DNA of 32,000 nt from Alkalilimnicola ehrlichii MLHE-1 (GTDB taxonomy: Bacteria; Pseudomonadota; Gammaproteobacteria; Nitrococcales; Halorhodospiraceae). The stretch is from contig NC_008340.1 of assembly GCF_000014785.1 (NCBI RefSeq), forward strand, positions 750,001 through 782,000, in the 5' to 3' direction. The position numbers were made by a program, and so were the translations under genes. The notes beneath the pieces were generated by a model that was given only the letters and a program-made list of their open reading frames with translations, ran no database searches and had not been told where the DNA came from. Shown here piece after piece: positions 12,183 to 20,996 of this stretch (its first letter is position 1; every line of letters begins with the position of its first letter).

Positions 12183-13037
12183 ATGAGCGCCTGTATCGAC
12201 CTGCACAGCCACTCCACCGCCTCCGACGGCCGCCTGACCCCGACGGAACTGGTGACCCGGGCCCGGGCCAAAGGGGTGGCGACCCTGGCGCTCACCGACC
12301 ACGACACCACGGCCGGTGTGGCCGAGGCGCAGGCCGCAGCCGAAGAGCAGGGCCTTCGGCTGATTCCGGGGGTGGAGATCTCCACCACCTGGGCCCGGCG
12401 CGACTTCCACATCGTTGGCCTGGGCGTGGCGGCCCAGCACCCGGGGCTGCAGACGCTGCTGGCGGAGATCGACGCAATCCGCCGGGAACGGGCCCTCACC
12501 ATCGGTCGGAAGCTGGCCCGGCACGGGATGCCCGGGGCCTGGGAAGGGGCCTCGGCACGGGCCGGGGCGGCCACCATCACCCGCAGCCACTACGCCGGCT
12601 GGCTGGTGGCCGAGGGCCATGTGAATACCCCCAACGAGGCCTTCCACAAATGGCTGCGCAAGGGCCGGCCAGCCGGGGTGAGCGTGCGCTGGCCCGGCAT
12701 GGAGCGGGCGGTGGCCTGTATCCGCGAGGCGGGCGGGGTGGCGGTGCTAGCCCATCCGCTGGCCTACGGGCTCACCGGCGCCTGGATGCGCCGGGTGCTC
12801 ACCGCCTTCCGCGATGCCGGGGGTGAGGCCATGGAGGTGGCCTGTGGGACCCGCCCGCGGCCGGTCGACGTGGCCCGTCTGGCGGAATGGGCCCGCCGTT
12901 ATGCCCTGCTGGCCTCGCAGGGTTCCGACTTCCACCACCCGGACAACCCCTGGGTGGATCTGGGCCGGTTGCCGCGCCTGCCGGCTGATCTCACCCCGGT
13001 ATGGCACCACCCGCGACTGTGCAATGCAGCATCCTGA
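12183..13037 (+). CDS. PHP-domain metal-dependent phosphoesterase (TrpH/YciV, RNase AM-like)
   Basis: 284 aa. PHP motifs IDLHSHSTASDG, LALTDHDT, AHP, and a C-terminal GSDFH. Confidence 0.8.
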   Translation: MSACIDLHSHSTASDGRLTPTELVTRARAKGVATLALTDHDTTAGVAEAQAAAEEQGLRLIPGVEISTTWARRDFHIVGLGVAAQHPGLQTLLAEIDAIRRERALTIGRKLARHGMPGAWEGASARAGAATITRSHYAGWLVAEGHVNTPNEAFHKWLRKGRPAGVSVRWPGMERAVACIREAGGVAVLAHPLAYGLTGAWMRRVLTAFRDAGGEAMEVACGTRPRPVDVARLAEWARRYALLASQGSDFHHPDNPWVDLGRLPRLPADLTPVWHHPRLCNAAS

Positions 13038-13201
13038 GGTCTTCAGGGGTTTTTCTGACCGGGTAAATCAGGGATGCTTGGTTATACTGTGGTGCGTTAG
13101 GCTCGCAACCGAGGCCGAGAATAACGTATTCGAACTGGCGCCGCCGGCACTGTCCGGGGGGCGGTACTGGCAAGACTGCCAAATCAAGCAGGAGGAGTTG
13201 T

Positions 13202-14389
13202 ATGTCTGACAGAGAAGTGGTTGTCCTTAGTGCGGCACGTTCCGCCATCGGTACCTTTGGCGGCACCTTGGCCGGGTTCGAGCCCGCTGACCTGGGTGGC
13301 CTGATCATCAAAGAGGCGGTGGCGCGCTCCGGTGTCGACCCCAATCAGATCAACTACACCACCGTGGGCAACTGCATCCCCACCGAGAGCCGCTCGCCCT
13401 ATGTGGCCCGGGTGGCGGCGGTGCAGGGTGGGCTGCCGCACAACTCCACGGCGGTCACCGTCAACCGGCTGTGCGGCTCCGGCATGCAGGCCATCGTCTC
13501 CACCGCCCAGTCCATCCTGCTGGGCGATGCCGACTTCGGTGTCGGTGCCGGCACCGAGGTGATGTCCAAGGGCGGTTACCTCACCCCCTCGGCCCGTTTC
13601 GGCGCCCGCATGGGGGATGCCAAGATGGTCGACATGATGGTGGCCACCCTGACCGACCCCTTCGGCGTCGGCCACATGGGCATCACCGCCGAGAACCTGG
13701 CCGAGAAGTGGAACATCTCCCGCGAGGAGCAGGACCAGTTCGCCGCGGAGTCCCAGCGCCGTGCCCAGGCGGCCATCGAAGGCGGCTACTTTAAGGACCA
13801 GATCGTGCCGGTGACCATCAAGAGCCGGAAGGGCGAGAAGGTCTTTGACACCGACGAGCACCCGCGCTTTGGTGTCACCGTTGAGGATCTGGCCAAGATG
13901 CGCCCGGCCTTCAAGAAGGAGGGCGGCACCGTGACCGCCGGCAACGCCTCCGGTATCAACGATGCCGCTGCCGCCCTGGTGCTGGCCGACCGTGCCGCGG
14001 CCGAGAAGGCCGGTCACAAGCCCGTGGCGCGGATGGTGGCCTACGGTATTGCCGGGGTGCCCAACGACATCATGGGGGAGGGGCCGATCCCGTCGTCCAA
14101 GGTGGCGCTGGACAAGGCCGGACTGAGTATCGAGGACATGGACGTGGTGGAGTCCAACGAGGCCTTCGCGGCCCAGGCGCTGACGGTCATGAAGGGCCTG
14201 GGGCTGGACCCGGCCAAGACCAACGTCAACGGCGGCGCCATCGCCCTGGGCCACCCGGTGGGGGCCACCGGGTCCATCCTGGCGGTCAAGGCAATCCACG
14301 AGCTGCACCGCATCCAGGGCAAGTACGCCCTGGTCACCATGTGCATCGGTGGCGGTCAGGGCATCACGGCCATCTTCGAGCGCATGTGA
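13202..14389 (+). CDS. Acetyl-CoA C-acetyltransferase (thiolase II)
   Basis: 395 aa. Active-site Cys in [25 protein letters not shown], and the C-terminal catalytic Cys in MCIGGGQG. Strong AGGAGG Shine-Dalgarno upstream. Confidence 0.92.
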   Translation: MSDREVVVLSAARSAIGTFGGTLAGFEPADLGGLIIKEAVARSGVDPNQINYTTVGNCIPTESRSPYVARVAAVQGGLPHNSTAVTVNRLCGSGMQAIVSTAQSILLGDADFGVGAGTEVMSKGGYLTPSARFGARMGDAKMVDMMVATLTDPFGVGHMGITAENLAEKWNISREEQDQFAAESQRRAQAAIEGGYFKDQIVPVTIKSRKGEKVFDTDEHPRFGVTVEDLAKMRPAFKKEGGTVTAGNASGINDAAAALVLADRAAAEKAGHKPVARMVAYGIAGVPNDIMGEGPIPSSKVALDKAGLSIEDMDVVESNEAFAAQALTVMKGLGLDPAKTNVNGGAIALGHPVGATGSILAVKAIHELHRIQGKYALVTMCIGGGQGITAIFERM

Positions 14390-14427
14390 TCGCCCGCCCG
14401 CCCCGATACCGGGGTTGGCCGTGAGAC

Positions 14428-14459
14428 GGGGCCCTGCCGTGGCGATGCGGCAGGGCCCC
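14428..14459. terminator. 12-bp GC hairpin between convergent thiolase and GGDEF-EAL genes (probable bidirectional terminator)
   Basis: GGGGCCCTGCCG (14428-14439), loop tggcgatg, CGGCAGGGCCCC (14448-14459). Followed by the T-containing stretch GTTCGGTTC. Confidence 0.55.
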
Positions 14460-14483
14460 GTTCGGTTCAGGGTTCGGTTCAGG
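14460..14483. repeat. Perfect 12-bp tandem duplication (GTTCGGTTCAGG x2)
   Basis: Read directly: 14460-14471 is identical to 14472-14483, immediately after the hairpin. Confidence 0.9.
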
Positions 14484-14497
14484 GCGGTGCGGGCGGG

Positions 14498-16678
14498 TCA
14501 GTGGCGGCTGGCCAGGTGTTCGCGCGCCCAGCCTTCCAGCAGGTCGACCGCCTCGTGGCCGCTCAGCGGATAGCTGAAGTAAAAGCCCTGCATGCGACCA
14601 CACTGCAGGCGGCGCAGGTAGTCGAGCTGGCGTTTTGTCTCCACGCCCTCGGCCACCACGTTCAGCCCCAGTCCATGGGCCATGGCGATGATGGTCTCCA
14701 CCAGGGTGCCTTTCTCTTCATTCTCGCGGATGGCGTGGACGAAGGACTGGTCGATCTTTAGGGCGTGGATGGGCAGCCGCTGCAGGTAGCCCAGGGAAGA
14801 GTAGCCGGTGCCGAAGTCGTCGATGGTGATGGTGACGCCGAGCCGGCTCAGGGTGCGCAGCTTTTCCACCACCGACTCCACGTCCCGCATGAGCAGATTC
14901 TCGGTGATCTCCAAGTCGAGCCGTCGGAGCGGGAATCCGGTTTCGTCGCAGATGGCCCGTACGCGGTCGACAAAGTCCCGTTGGTGGACCTGTAACGGCG
15001 AGAGATTGACCGCCAGGCGCAGGCCCTCGTTGCCATCCGGCCAACGCAGCAGCTCCTCGCAGGCGCTGCGCAACAGCCACTCACCGATCGGAAGGATCAG
15101 GCCGGTCTGTTCTGCCACCGGGATGAATTCCCGCGGGCTCACTTCGCCGGTCTCAGGGTGTTGCCAGCGGATCAGCGCCTCCATCCCCGTGACCCGGCCG
15201 CTGACCACGTCTACCTGCGGCTGGTAGGCCACACGGAACTCGTGCTGCTCCAGGGCCCGGCGCAGGCCGGTCTCCATGTTCAGATGGTGGTCGATGCGGC
15301 TGCCCATGGCCTGGTCGAAGAAGGTGTAATGGCCCTTGCCGTGCTCCTTCACGTGGTACATGGCCACATCGGCGTGCTTGATCAGGGTCTCCAGGGTCTC
15401 GCCATGCTCGGGGAACAGGGCGATGCCGATACTCACCCCCAAGAAGAGTCGGTGGTTGTGCACCATGAAGGGCTGTTCCAGGGCATCGATACACTTCTGC
15501 GCCACCCGCTCGACGGCCGGTCGGTCCGGGATGGCAGGCAGTAACAGGGTGAACTCATCGCCACCGAGCCGTGCCAGGGTATCGCCCTCGCGCAGACAGG
15601 CACGCAGGCGCTGGGCCACCTGCTGCAGGAGTTGGTCACCCACCGAGTGGCCCAGGCTGTCGTTCACCACCTTGAACCGGTCCAGATCCAGGAAGAGCAC
15701 CGCCACTTCCTCGTTCCCGCGGCGGGCCCGGGCCAGGGCCTGAGCCAGGCGGTCCTTGAGCAGGGCGCGGTTGGGCAGGCCGGTGAGCAGGTCGTGGTGG
15801 GCCTGGTAGTGGACGATGGACTCCGCGTGTTTCCGATCAGTGACGTCGCGGGCGATACCGTAGGTGCCCAGGAACTGACCGGGGTGGGGTGCATCACCGT
15901 CGGCGTAGATGCCCATGGCGGTGAGGTCCACCGTGCGGGTGGGTTGTCCGGCGGCGCCGGGCGGGGCGAGCTGCAGCTCCAGGTTGTGGGTGGCGCGTTG
16001 GCCGGTGCGCCGCTCGTTGAAGCGGCGCTCGGCCACCGCGCGGTCCTCGTCGGCGATGAGGCACTGAAAATGCTCGCCGAGCAGGGTATCGGGGGTCATC
16101 CCCAGCAACCGCTCGGCGCTGCGGTTGATGAAGGTGAACCGGCCCTCGGCGTCCAGCACGTAGATGAAATCGGGGGAGTTGTCGACAATGAAGCGGTAGA
16201 GCCGCTCGGAGCGCTTGAGCCGGTGGCGGATCTGCTCGTTCTGGCGGGACAGGCGGCGCCGTTCCAGGGTGTTCTCCAGGGTCGCCAGCATGGCCTCGGG
16301 GGCGAAGGGCTTGCGGATGAACTCGCTGGCGCCCCGGCGCAACGCCTCAATGGGGGCCCGGCAGGTGGGGTCGGCGGTGAGGGCGATCACGTCCATGCCC
16401 GCGCGATGGTTGTGCAGCCACTCCATCAGGTCCAGGCTGGCGGTGTCCTCGGCCTGCATGTCCACCAATACCACCCCGTACTCCCGCTGCCGGACCAGGG
16501 TCCGGGCCTCCGCCGGGGTCTCCGCCGTGTCCAGGGGTATGCCGCGGGCGTTGGCCAGCATGTCCAGGCTCTCCAGCAGGCGCGGGTGCCGGTCCACGGC
16601 CAGGATCCGCTCGCTGCGTTCGTAGGCCGATGGCAGGGTGTCCATCTCTTCGGGTGGCGTCGGTGGCATGGCTTTCAC
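14498..16678 (-). CDS. Response-regulator REC-PAS-GGDEF-EAL protein with intact cyclase and phosphodiesterase motifs
   Basis: 726 aa. REC has the acceptor Asp (VVLVDMQ). PAS region present (FIVDNSPDFIYVLDAEGRFTFIN). GGDEF is intact with an I-site (REGD-TLARL-GGDEF). All EAL landmarks are intact (EALIRW, NLS, EITE, DDFGTGYSSL, KIDQSF, AEGVET, QGF). GTG start at 16678 has an AGGA 9 nt upstream. An ATG at 16669 is the alternative. Confidence 0.9.
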   Translation of the reverse strand: MKAMPPTPPEEMDTLPSAYERSERILAVDRHPRLLESLDMLANARGIPLDTAETPAEARTLVRQREYGVVLVDMQAEDTASLDLMEWLHNHRAGMDVIALTADPTCRAPIEALRRGASEFIRKPFAPEAMLATLENTLERRRLSRQNEQIRHRLKRSERLYRFIVDNSPDFIYVLDAEGRFTFINRSAERLLGMTPDTLLGEHFQCLIADEDRAVAERRFNERRTGQRATHNLELQLAPPGAAGQPTRTVDLTAMGIYADGDAPHPGQFLGTYGIARDVTDRKHAESIVHYQAHHDLLTGLPNRALLKDRLAQALARARRGNEEVAVLFLDLDRFKVVNDSLGHSVGDQLLQQVAQRLRACLREGDTLARLGGDEFTLLLPAIPDRPAVERVAQKCIDALEQPFMVHNHRLFLGVSIGIALFPEHGETLETLIKHADVAMYHVKEHGKGHYTFFDQAMGSRIDHHLNMETGLRRALEQHEFRVAYQPQVDVVSGRVTGMEALIRWQHPETGEVSPREFIPVAEQTGLILPIGEWLLRSACEELLRWPDGNEGLRLAVNLSPLQVHQRDFVDRVRAICDETGFPLRRLDLEITENLLMRDVESVVEKLRTLSRLGVTITIDDFGTGYSSLGYLQRLPIHALKIDQSFVHAIRENEEKGTLVETIIAMAHGLGLNVVAEGVETKRQLDYLRRLQCGRMQGFYFSYPLSGHEAVDLLEGWAREHLASRH

Positions 16679-16726
16679 GGTAAGCTGTCCTGACAGGCGC
16701 GACCCGTTCGGGCGGGCATGATGGGT

Positions 16727-18361
16727 TCAGGGGTTTGCCGGATTTCCGTCGACCGTCGGTTCCAGTTCGCTGATCAGCTCGCGGATCCGTTCGACCTCGT
16801 CGCGAAGGGCGCTGACCCCGCTCTGTCCGGGGTGGTCCGCCTCAAGCTGCTGTTGTAATACGCTCAGGTAATTCTGCATCACGGTAATCGGGTTTGCGGT
16901 TGCCTTGACCAATTCCGCTTCGCGGCGCCGCTGTTGCGCAGAGGCCTCCTCCCGCGCCTGCCGTACGGCCTGGTCCTCCCGCTGGCGGCGGGCGAGCAGG
17001 GCGCCGGCCTGGGCGGCGAAGGTGCGGAGCAGGGGGGCCTCCGCTTGCAGGGCCTGGAGTTGCCCGTGGCTCAGCCCCAGGATGAGTGCCGCCACCGGCC
17101 GGCCCTCACTGTAAAGGGGCAGCCCCAGGGCAGCTTCGCCAGGGAGCCGGTCGAGTACCTGGCGGTCCGCCACCGGCTGGTCGATGGCGCCGGGGTCGGG
17201 GGTCTTGAGTGGGGCGATGCGGTCCTCGAGCAGTAACGCGGCAATGGGGCTGGCCGCGGTTTCCAGCGGCAGGGAGAGTTCGCTGATGGCCGGGTCGTTG
17301 GCGGGCATGGCGGTAGCGCTCAGCCGCTCGCCGGTCTCGTCCACCTCCAGCACCAGCAGGTGTCGTACCCCGAACAGCAGGGCCACACAGATGGCGAGGC
17401 TCTCCAGGGTGTCGCCCTCGGCCAGCGCGGCCCCGAGCCCCCCGGTCAGCGCCGCGGTGCGGACCTGGTCCCCCAGCCGTTGCACCACCCGCTCATGGGC
17501 CCCCTTCAGGTCCGATGCCGCGTCGTCCTCGCCGAGCGCCGTGCAGGTCTTGGCCAGCTCGTGCTGCGCCGCGGTCACCAGGGTCTGGGTGTCCTCCCGG
17601 CCCAGGTCCAGCAACCGGGCGGCGGCCTGGCGACCGGTCACGTCCACTTCCGGGTGGTGACAGAGCAGGTTCGCGAGCGCCACGCAGCGGACCAGCGGGT
17701 GGGCGTGTTCCAGCGCCGGTACCGGCTGATGGTGGTAGCGCACGGCATCAATGAGCAGGGCCGGGAAGCCCCAGTCGGCGAGCAGTTCCGCCCCCACCTG
17801 GCTGTGGTCGCAGCCCCAGCGCGCCTGTTCCAACCCCTGTAGGCCACGGTCGGAGGCCTCGGCGTCCGCCAGCAGTCGTTGGTATTCCTCCGGGCGGGCC
17901 AGACCCATGACTGGTTTGCCCACATCGTGCAGCAGGCCGGCCAGGTAGGCGGTTTCCGGACAACTGTTGGCCCGGGCCCGGGCCAGTTCGCGGGCGAGCT
18001 GAGCGCAAAGCAGCCCGTGGCGCCACAGGGCCTCCACCCAGACCGGCTGGCCCCTGTCCAGGGCCTGGAAAAAGCCGCGCACGGCGGTGGCGACCGCCAG
18101 GGTGTTGATCCGGCTCAGCCCCAGCCGCGCGATGGCCTCGCGCAGGCTGTCGGTGGGCGTGCTGCGGGTATAGGCGGCGGCATTGGCGGCGCCGAGAAGC
18201 CGGGCGACGAGGGTGCTATCGCGGGCGATGATGGTCTCGATCTCCCGTGGTCCGGCGTCGCCCCGGGCGGTGGCCTCCAGCAACGACAGCACCACGGCCG
18301 GGAACGCGGGCAGTTCAGCCAAGCTGCTTCGGTGCAGGAATTCATTGGCGGGGACAGTCAT
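16727..18361 (-). CDS. HDOD-domain signalling protein with a central GAF-like domain and a C-terminal coiled-coil / H-box-like segment
   Basis: 544 aa. HDOD landmarks: LPAFPAVVLSLLE, GLLHDVGKPV, DHSQVGAELLADWGFP. A GAF-like region spans aa ~315-435 (..GLPLYSEGRPVAALILGL). C-terminal helix ELVKATANPITVMQNYLSVLQ. Ends 48 nt upstream of the REC-GGDEF-EAL gene on the same strand. Confidence 0.8.
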   Translation of the reverse strand: MTVPANEFLHRSSLAELPAFPAVVLSLLEATARGDAGPREIETIIARDSTLVARLLGAANAAAYTRSTPTDSLREAIARLGLSRINTLAVATAVRGFFQALDRGQPVWVEALWRHGLLCAQLARELARARANSCPETAYLAGLLHDVGKPVMGLARPEEYQRLLADAEASDRGLQGLEQARWGCDHSQVGAELLADWGFPALLIDAVRYHHQPVPALEHAHPLVRCVALANLLCHHPEVDVTGRQAAARLLDLGREDTQTLVTAAQHELAKTCTALGEDDAASDLKGAHERVVQRLGDQVRTAALTGGLGAALAEGDTLESLAICVALLFGVRHLLVLEVDETGERLSATAMPANDPAISELSLPLETAASPIAALLLEDRIAPLKTPDPGAIDQPVADRQVLDRLPGEAALGLPLYSEGRPVAALILGLSHGQLQALQAEAPLLRTFAAQAGALLARRQREDQAVRQAREEASAQQRRREAELVKATANPITVMQNYLSVLQQQLEADHPGQSGVSALRDEVERIRELISELEPTVDGNPANP

Positions 18362-18491
18362 GATGGTCAGTTTAGTAGACCATGAAAATAATCAAGTTTT
18401 CGCCGGACAGCGCCCCCCGGTGCGGGCCTTGAGGCCGCGCAACGCCGGGATGTCGGTGGATGTCCATCGGGTCGATGGGTAAAACCCAGGG

Positions 18492-18519
18492 TTGACGTCA
18501 GGGTTTTTCTCTTTAGAAT
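18492..18519 (+). promoter_or_regulatory. Candidate sigma70 promoter for the membrane diguanylate cyclase gene
   Basis: TTGACG (18492-18497), 16-nt spacer, TAGAAT (18514-18519), inside an unusually AT-rich divergent spacer. The track's TTG 'start codon' at 18492 is this -35 box. Confidence 0.45.
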
Positions 18520-18593
18520 CATCGCAAATTAAGCATATAGTGACTCCGGATCAGTCCTCGTCAGCCCGCCGCGCCACGGCTGGTGGTACCCAC

Positions 18594-20600
18594 GTGAAGC
18601 CTGCTTTAAGAACCCGACTCGCCCGCCGCGTCCTGCTGCCGATCCTGCTGGTTGCCTTCCTGCTGGCCATTCTGGCCGGTTCCCTCTCCTATTGGCAGAG
18701 CCAGGAAATGATGCGTGGCAAATCGGAGAGTATGGCGACACATTTGCTCCGCGCCGCGGGGATCGCGCTGGCCAACAGTAGCTCCAGCCACCAGTTGCAG
18801 CGTGTGGTGGAGGCGCTGGGGGCGAACCCGGAAGTGCTGGAGGTGCTGATCGGCCGGCCGGGGGAGGGCCGGCTGCTGGCCGCGCACGACCCCGGGCTGC
18901 TCGGCCAGGACTGGAGCGATGTGATCGAGACACGGTTCTCCGCTGAGGAGTACCAGCGCCTGCGCCGCGAAGGCGGCCCCATGCTGTTGCAGGGGGACGG
19001 GCCGCTGTTGGCGCTGCGCGAGATCCCCGCCGGGGTCATCCGACTGGTGGACCGACCCTCGGGCGAGGCCTGGGTGCTGCTCAGCATGCGGCGGGACTGG
19101 GAACCGGGGCTGTTCAGTACCGATACACTGTATCCGGTCTGGTGGGCGGTGGTCGTAGTGCTGCTCTACGGCCTGGTCTCAACTTGGGTGGTGAAGCGGT
19201 ACGTGCTGCAGCCGGTCTGGTCACTGGAGCGTACGCTCAAGGCCCGCGAGGGCGGCGACCGGAGCGCCCGCACCGCGCTGCAGGGGTGGGATGAGCTGGC
19301 CCGGCTGGGGCGCACTCTGGACCACCTGCTCGATGTGGAGGATGAGCGCCTGGGGCTGTACCAGCAGATCTTCGAGCGTCACGACGCCATCCAGTGGCTG
19401 GTGGACCCCCGCGAGGGCGTGCTGGTGGATGTCAACGAGGCGGCCGCCCGGTTCTACGGCTTCCATCGGACGGAAATGCGCGGGATGCCCGTCTCGAAGA
19501 TCAACCAACTGTCGCCCGAGGCGGTGCGCGAGGCCATGGCCCGGGTGCAGCGCGGCGAACAGAAGGTGCTCTACTTTCCCCACCGCCTGGCCAGCGGCGA
19601 GATCCGCGAGGTGGAGGTGCACTCCGGCGCGGTCGATGTGGGCGGACGGGAGTATCTTCACTCCATCATCCATGACATCACCGAACGGCGGGAGCTGGCA
19701 CGTAACCGCCGGCAGCTGGTGGAGATTCTGGAGGCCTCGCCGCAGTTTATCGCCATGGCAGAGGCTGAAGGCAGACTGGTCTATCTGAACCGGGCCGGGC
19801 GCGCGTTGTTCCGGGAGTGGCTGCCCGGGGTGTCACCGGAAAGCAAGGACCTGACGGTGAACTTTGCCGAGGTTTTGCGTCTGGCGCACCCGCCCTGGGC
19901 GGTACGGCGGATCCTTGAAGAGGGCCTGCCGACCGCGGCGCGTGAGGGCCATTGGATGGGGGAGACGGCGTTCCGCCGGGCCGATGGCGGCGAGACCCCA
20001 CTCCAGCAACTGATTGTGGCCCACCGCGATGAGACCGGTCGGGTGGAGCGGTACTCCACCGTGGCGGAGGATATCACCGAACGCAAGCGCCGGGAGCAGG
20101 CGCTGCGCTACCGGGCCAGCCACGATGGCCTCACGGGCCTGTATAATCGCCGCCACACCCAGCGGGCTTTGGAGCGGGAACTGCGCCTGGCAGCCCGCAC
20201 CGGCCACCCCGTGTCCGTGGTGCTGTTCGATCTGGACCACTTCAAGCGCGTCAACGACACCCACGGCCATAATGCGGGCGACCAGGTGCTGAGGCAGCTG
20301 GCCGGCCTGGTCACTGAGCGGGTGCGGGATACGGATATCGTCGGCCGTTGGGGGGGGGAGGAGTTCTTGCTGGTGCTGCCCGGGACTGACGAGACCGGGG
20401 CGGGCCAGTTGGCGGAGGTGCTGCGGGCCTACGTCGCCGAGGCCCGCTTCCCGATACCGGACCCGGTCACCATCAGCCTCGGGTACGCCCAGGCGGGCGC
20501 GGACGAGGGCGCTGACGCGCTCTTCAAGCGCGTGGACCAGGCGCTCTATGCAGCAAAGGCGAATGGCCGCAACCGGGCGCAGGCCGCCAAGGCCCTGTAG
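18594..20600 (+). CDS. Membrane sensor diguanylate cyclase (TM - periplasmic domain - TM - HAMP-like - PAS - PAS - GGDEF)
   Basis: Two TM segments (VLLPILLVAFLLAILAGSL; YPVWWAVVVVLLYGLVSTWVV). Two PAS regions. Intact GGEEF with an I-site (RDTD-IVGRW-GGEEF). The start is uncertain. The GTG at 18594 (GGTGG upstream) is preferred. In-frame GTG 18540 and TTG 18492 lie within or next to the predicted promoter. Confidence 0.85.
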   Translation: MKPALRTRLARRVLLPILLVAFLLAILAGSLSYWQSQEMMRGKSESMATHLLRAAGIALANSSSSHQLQRVVEALGANPEVLEVLIGRPGEGRLLAAHDPGLLGQDWSDVIETRFSAEEYQRLRREGGPMLLQGDGPLLALREIPAGVIRLVDRPSGEAWVLLSMRRDWEPGLFSTDTLYPVWWAVVVVLLYGLVSTWVVKRYVLQPVWSLERTLKAREGGDRSARTALQGWDELARLGRTLDHLLDVEDERLGLYQQIFERHDAIQWLVDPREGVLVDVNEAAARFYGFHRTEMRGMPVSKINQLSPEAVREAMARVQRGEQKVLYFPHRLASGEIREVEVHSGAVDVGGREYLHSIIHDITERRELARNRRQLVEILEASPQFIAMAEAEGRLVYLNRAGRALFREWLPGVSPESKDLTVNFAEVLRLAHPPWAVRRILEEGLPTAAREGHWMGETAFRRADGGETPLQQLIVAHRDETGRVERYSTVAEDITERKRREQALRYRASHDGLTGLYNRRHTQRALERELRLAARTGHPVSVVLFDLDHFKRVNDTHGHNAGDQVLRQLAGLVTERVRDTDIVGRWGGEEFLLVLPGTDETGAGQLAEVLRAYVAEARFPIPDPVTISLGYAQAGADEGADALFKRVDQALYAAKANGRNRAQAAKAL

Positions 20601-20641
20601 TAGGCCCGGGGCTGAGTGGCGTCCGCCGGGTCGCGGGCGGC

Positions 20642-20842
20642 TCAGTCGTCGTCGAGGTCATCGACGTCGAGATCGAGCGCCCGGAGTTCGCGTTGCAGGC
20701 GCTGCTCCTCCCACATGCGTTCGATAACGCGCCGGGCATCGGTGGGCGGCGCGGCCCCTCCGACATCCACCTCGTCCAGGTCCTGCCCGTCGTTGTCGCT
20801 GAGCCGGTCGATCAGTTCGTGGTAGTTCAGCTCGTTGCCCAT
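20642..20842 (-). CDS. Small (66 aa) highly acidic conserved hypothetical protein (resembles the PA3496-type family)
   Basis: ATG start. D/E-rich termini flank a basic/helical core DARRVIERMWEEQRLQRELRAL. The family assignment is from memory of similar ~60-aa Pseudomonas proteins and is tentative. Confidence 0.5.
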   Translation of the reverse strand: MGNELNYHELIDRLSDNDGQDLDEVDVGGAAPPTDARRVIERMWEEQRLQRELRALDLDVDDLDDD

Positions 20843-20996
20843 GGGTGCCCTCCAATGTCCGAAGCGTCGGGGGTTACAGCCCTGTACACGGTTTGGACAA
20901 CGAAACTAGCGAATCTCTGGCGCGGGATTAAATGAATTGTTCCGATGGATCCGATCGATGGTGGGGCTGGAGCTTATGACGGGCGTGGTGCCACCG

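Noticed and set aside
12117-12647. The N-terminal 177 codons of track ORF 11751..12647 (-)
   Set aside because: This part overlaps the PHP phosphoesterase gene in antisense and is Gly/Pro/Arg low-complexity. Only the C-terminal 121 aa, from the ATG at 12116, look like a real DUF3301-type protein.
13126-13136. tRNA T-loop-like string GTATTCGAACT in the PHP/thiolase spacer
   Set aside because: The flanking bases cannot form a T-stem or an acceptor stem, and no anticodon arm is present. It is not a tRNA.
18492-18593. Track start codons taken at face value: TTG 18492 for the cyclase, GTG 27070 for flagellin, TTG 10108 for epmB, 10646 for epmA
   Set aside because: TTG 18492 is the -35 hexamer of a good sigma70 promoter. 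Flagellin, EpmB and EpmA N-termini align with family N-termini only from ATG 27079, ATG 10087 and GTG 10799. The 10646 start would overlap 140 nt of efp.
20642-20842. The small acidic ORF as xseB (ExoVII small subunit) or as an antitoxin
   Set aside because: The sequence lacks the XseB helical-hairpin consensus. No adjacent toxin-like ORF exists and the gene is monocistronic-looking, so neither call is supported.
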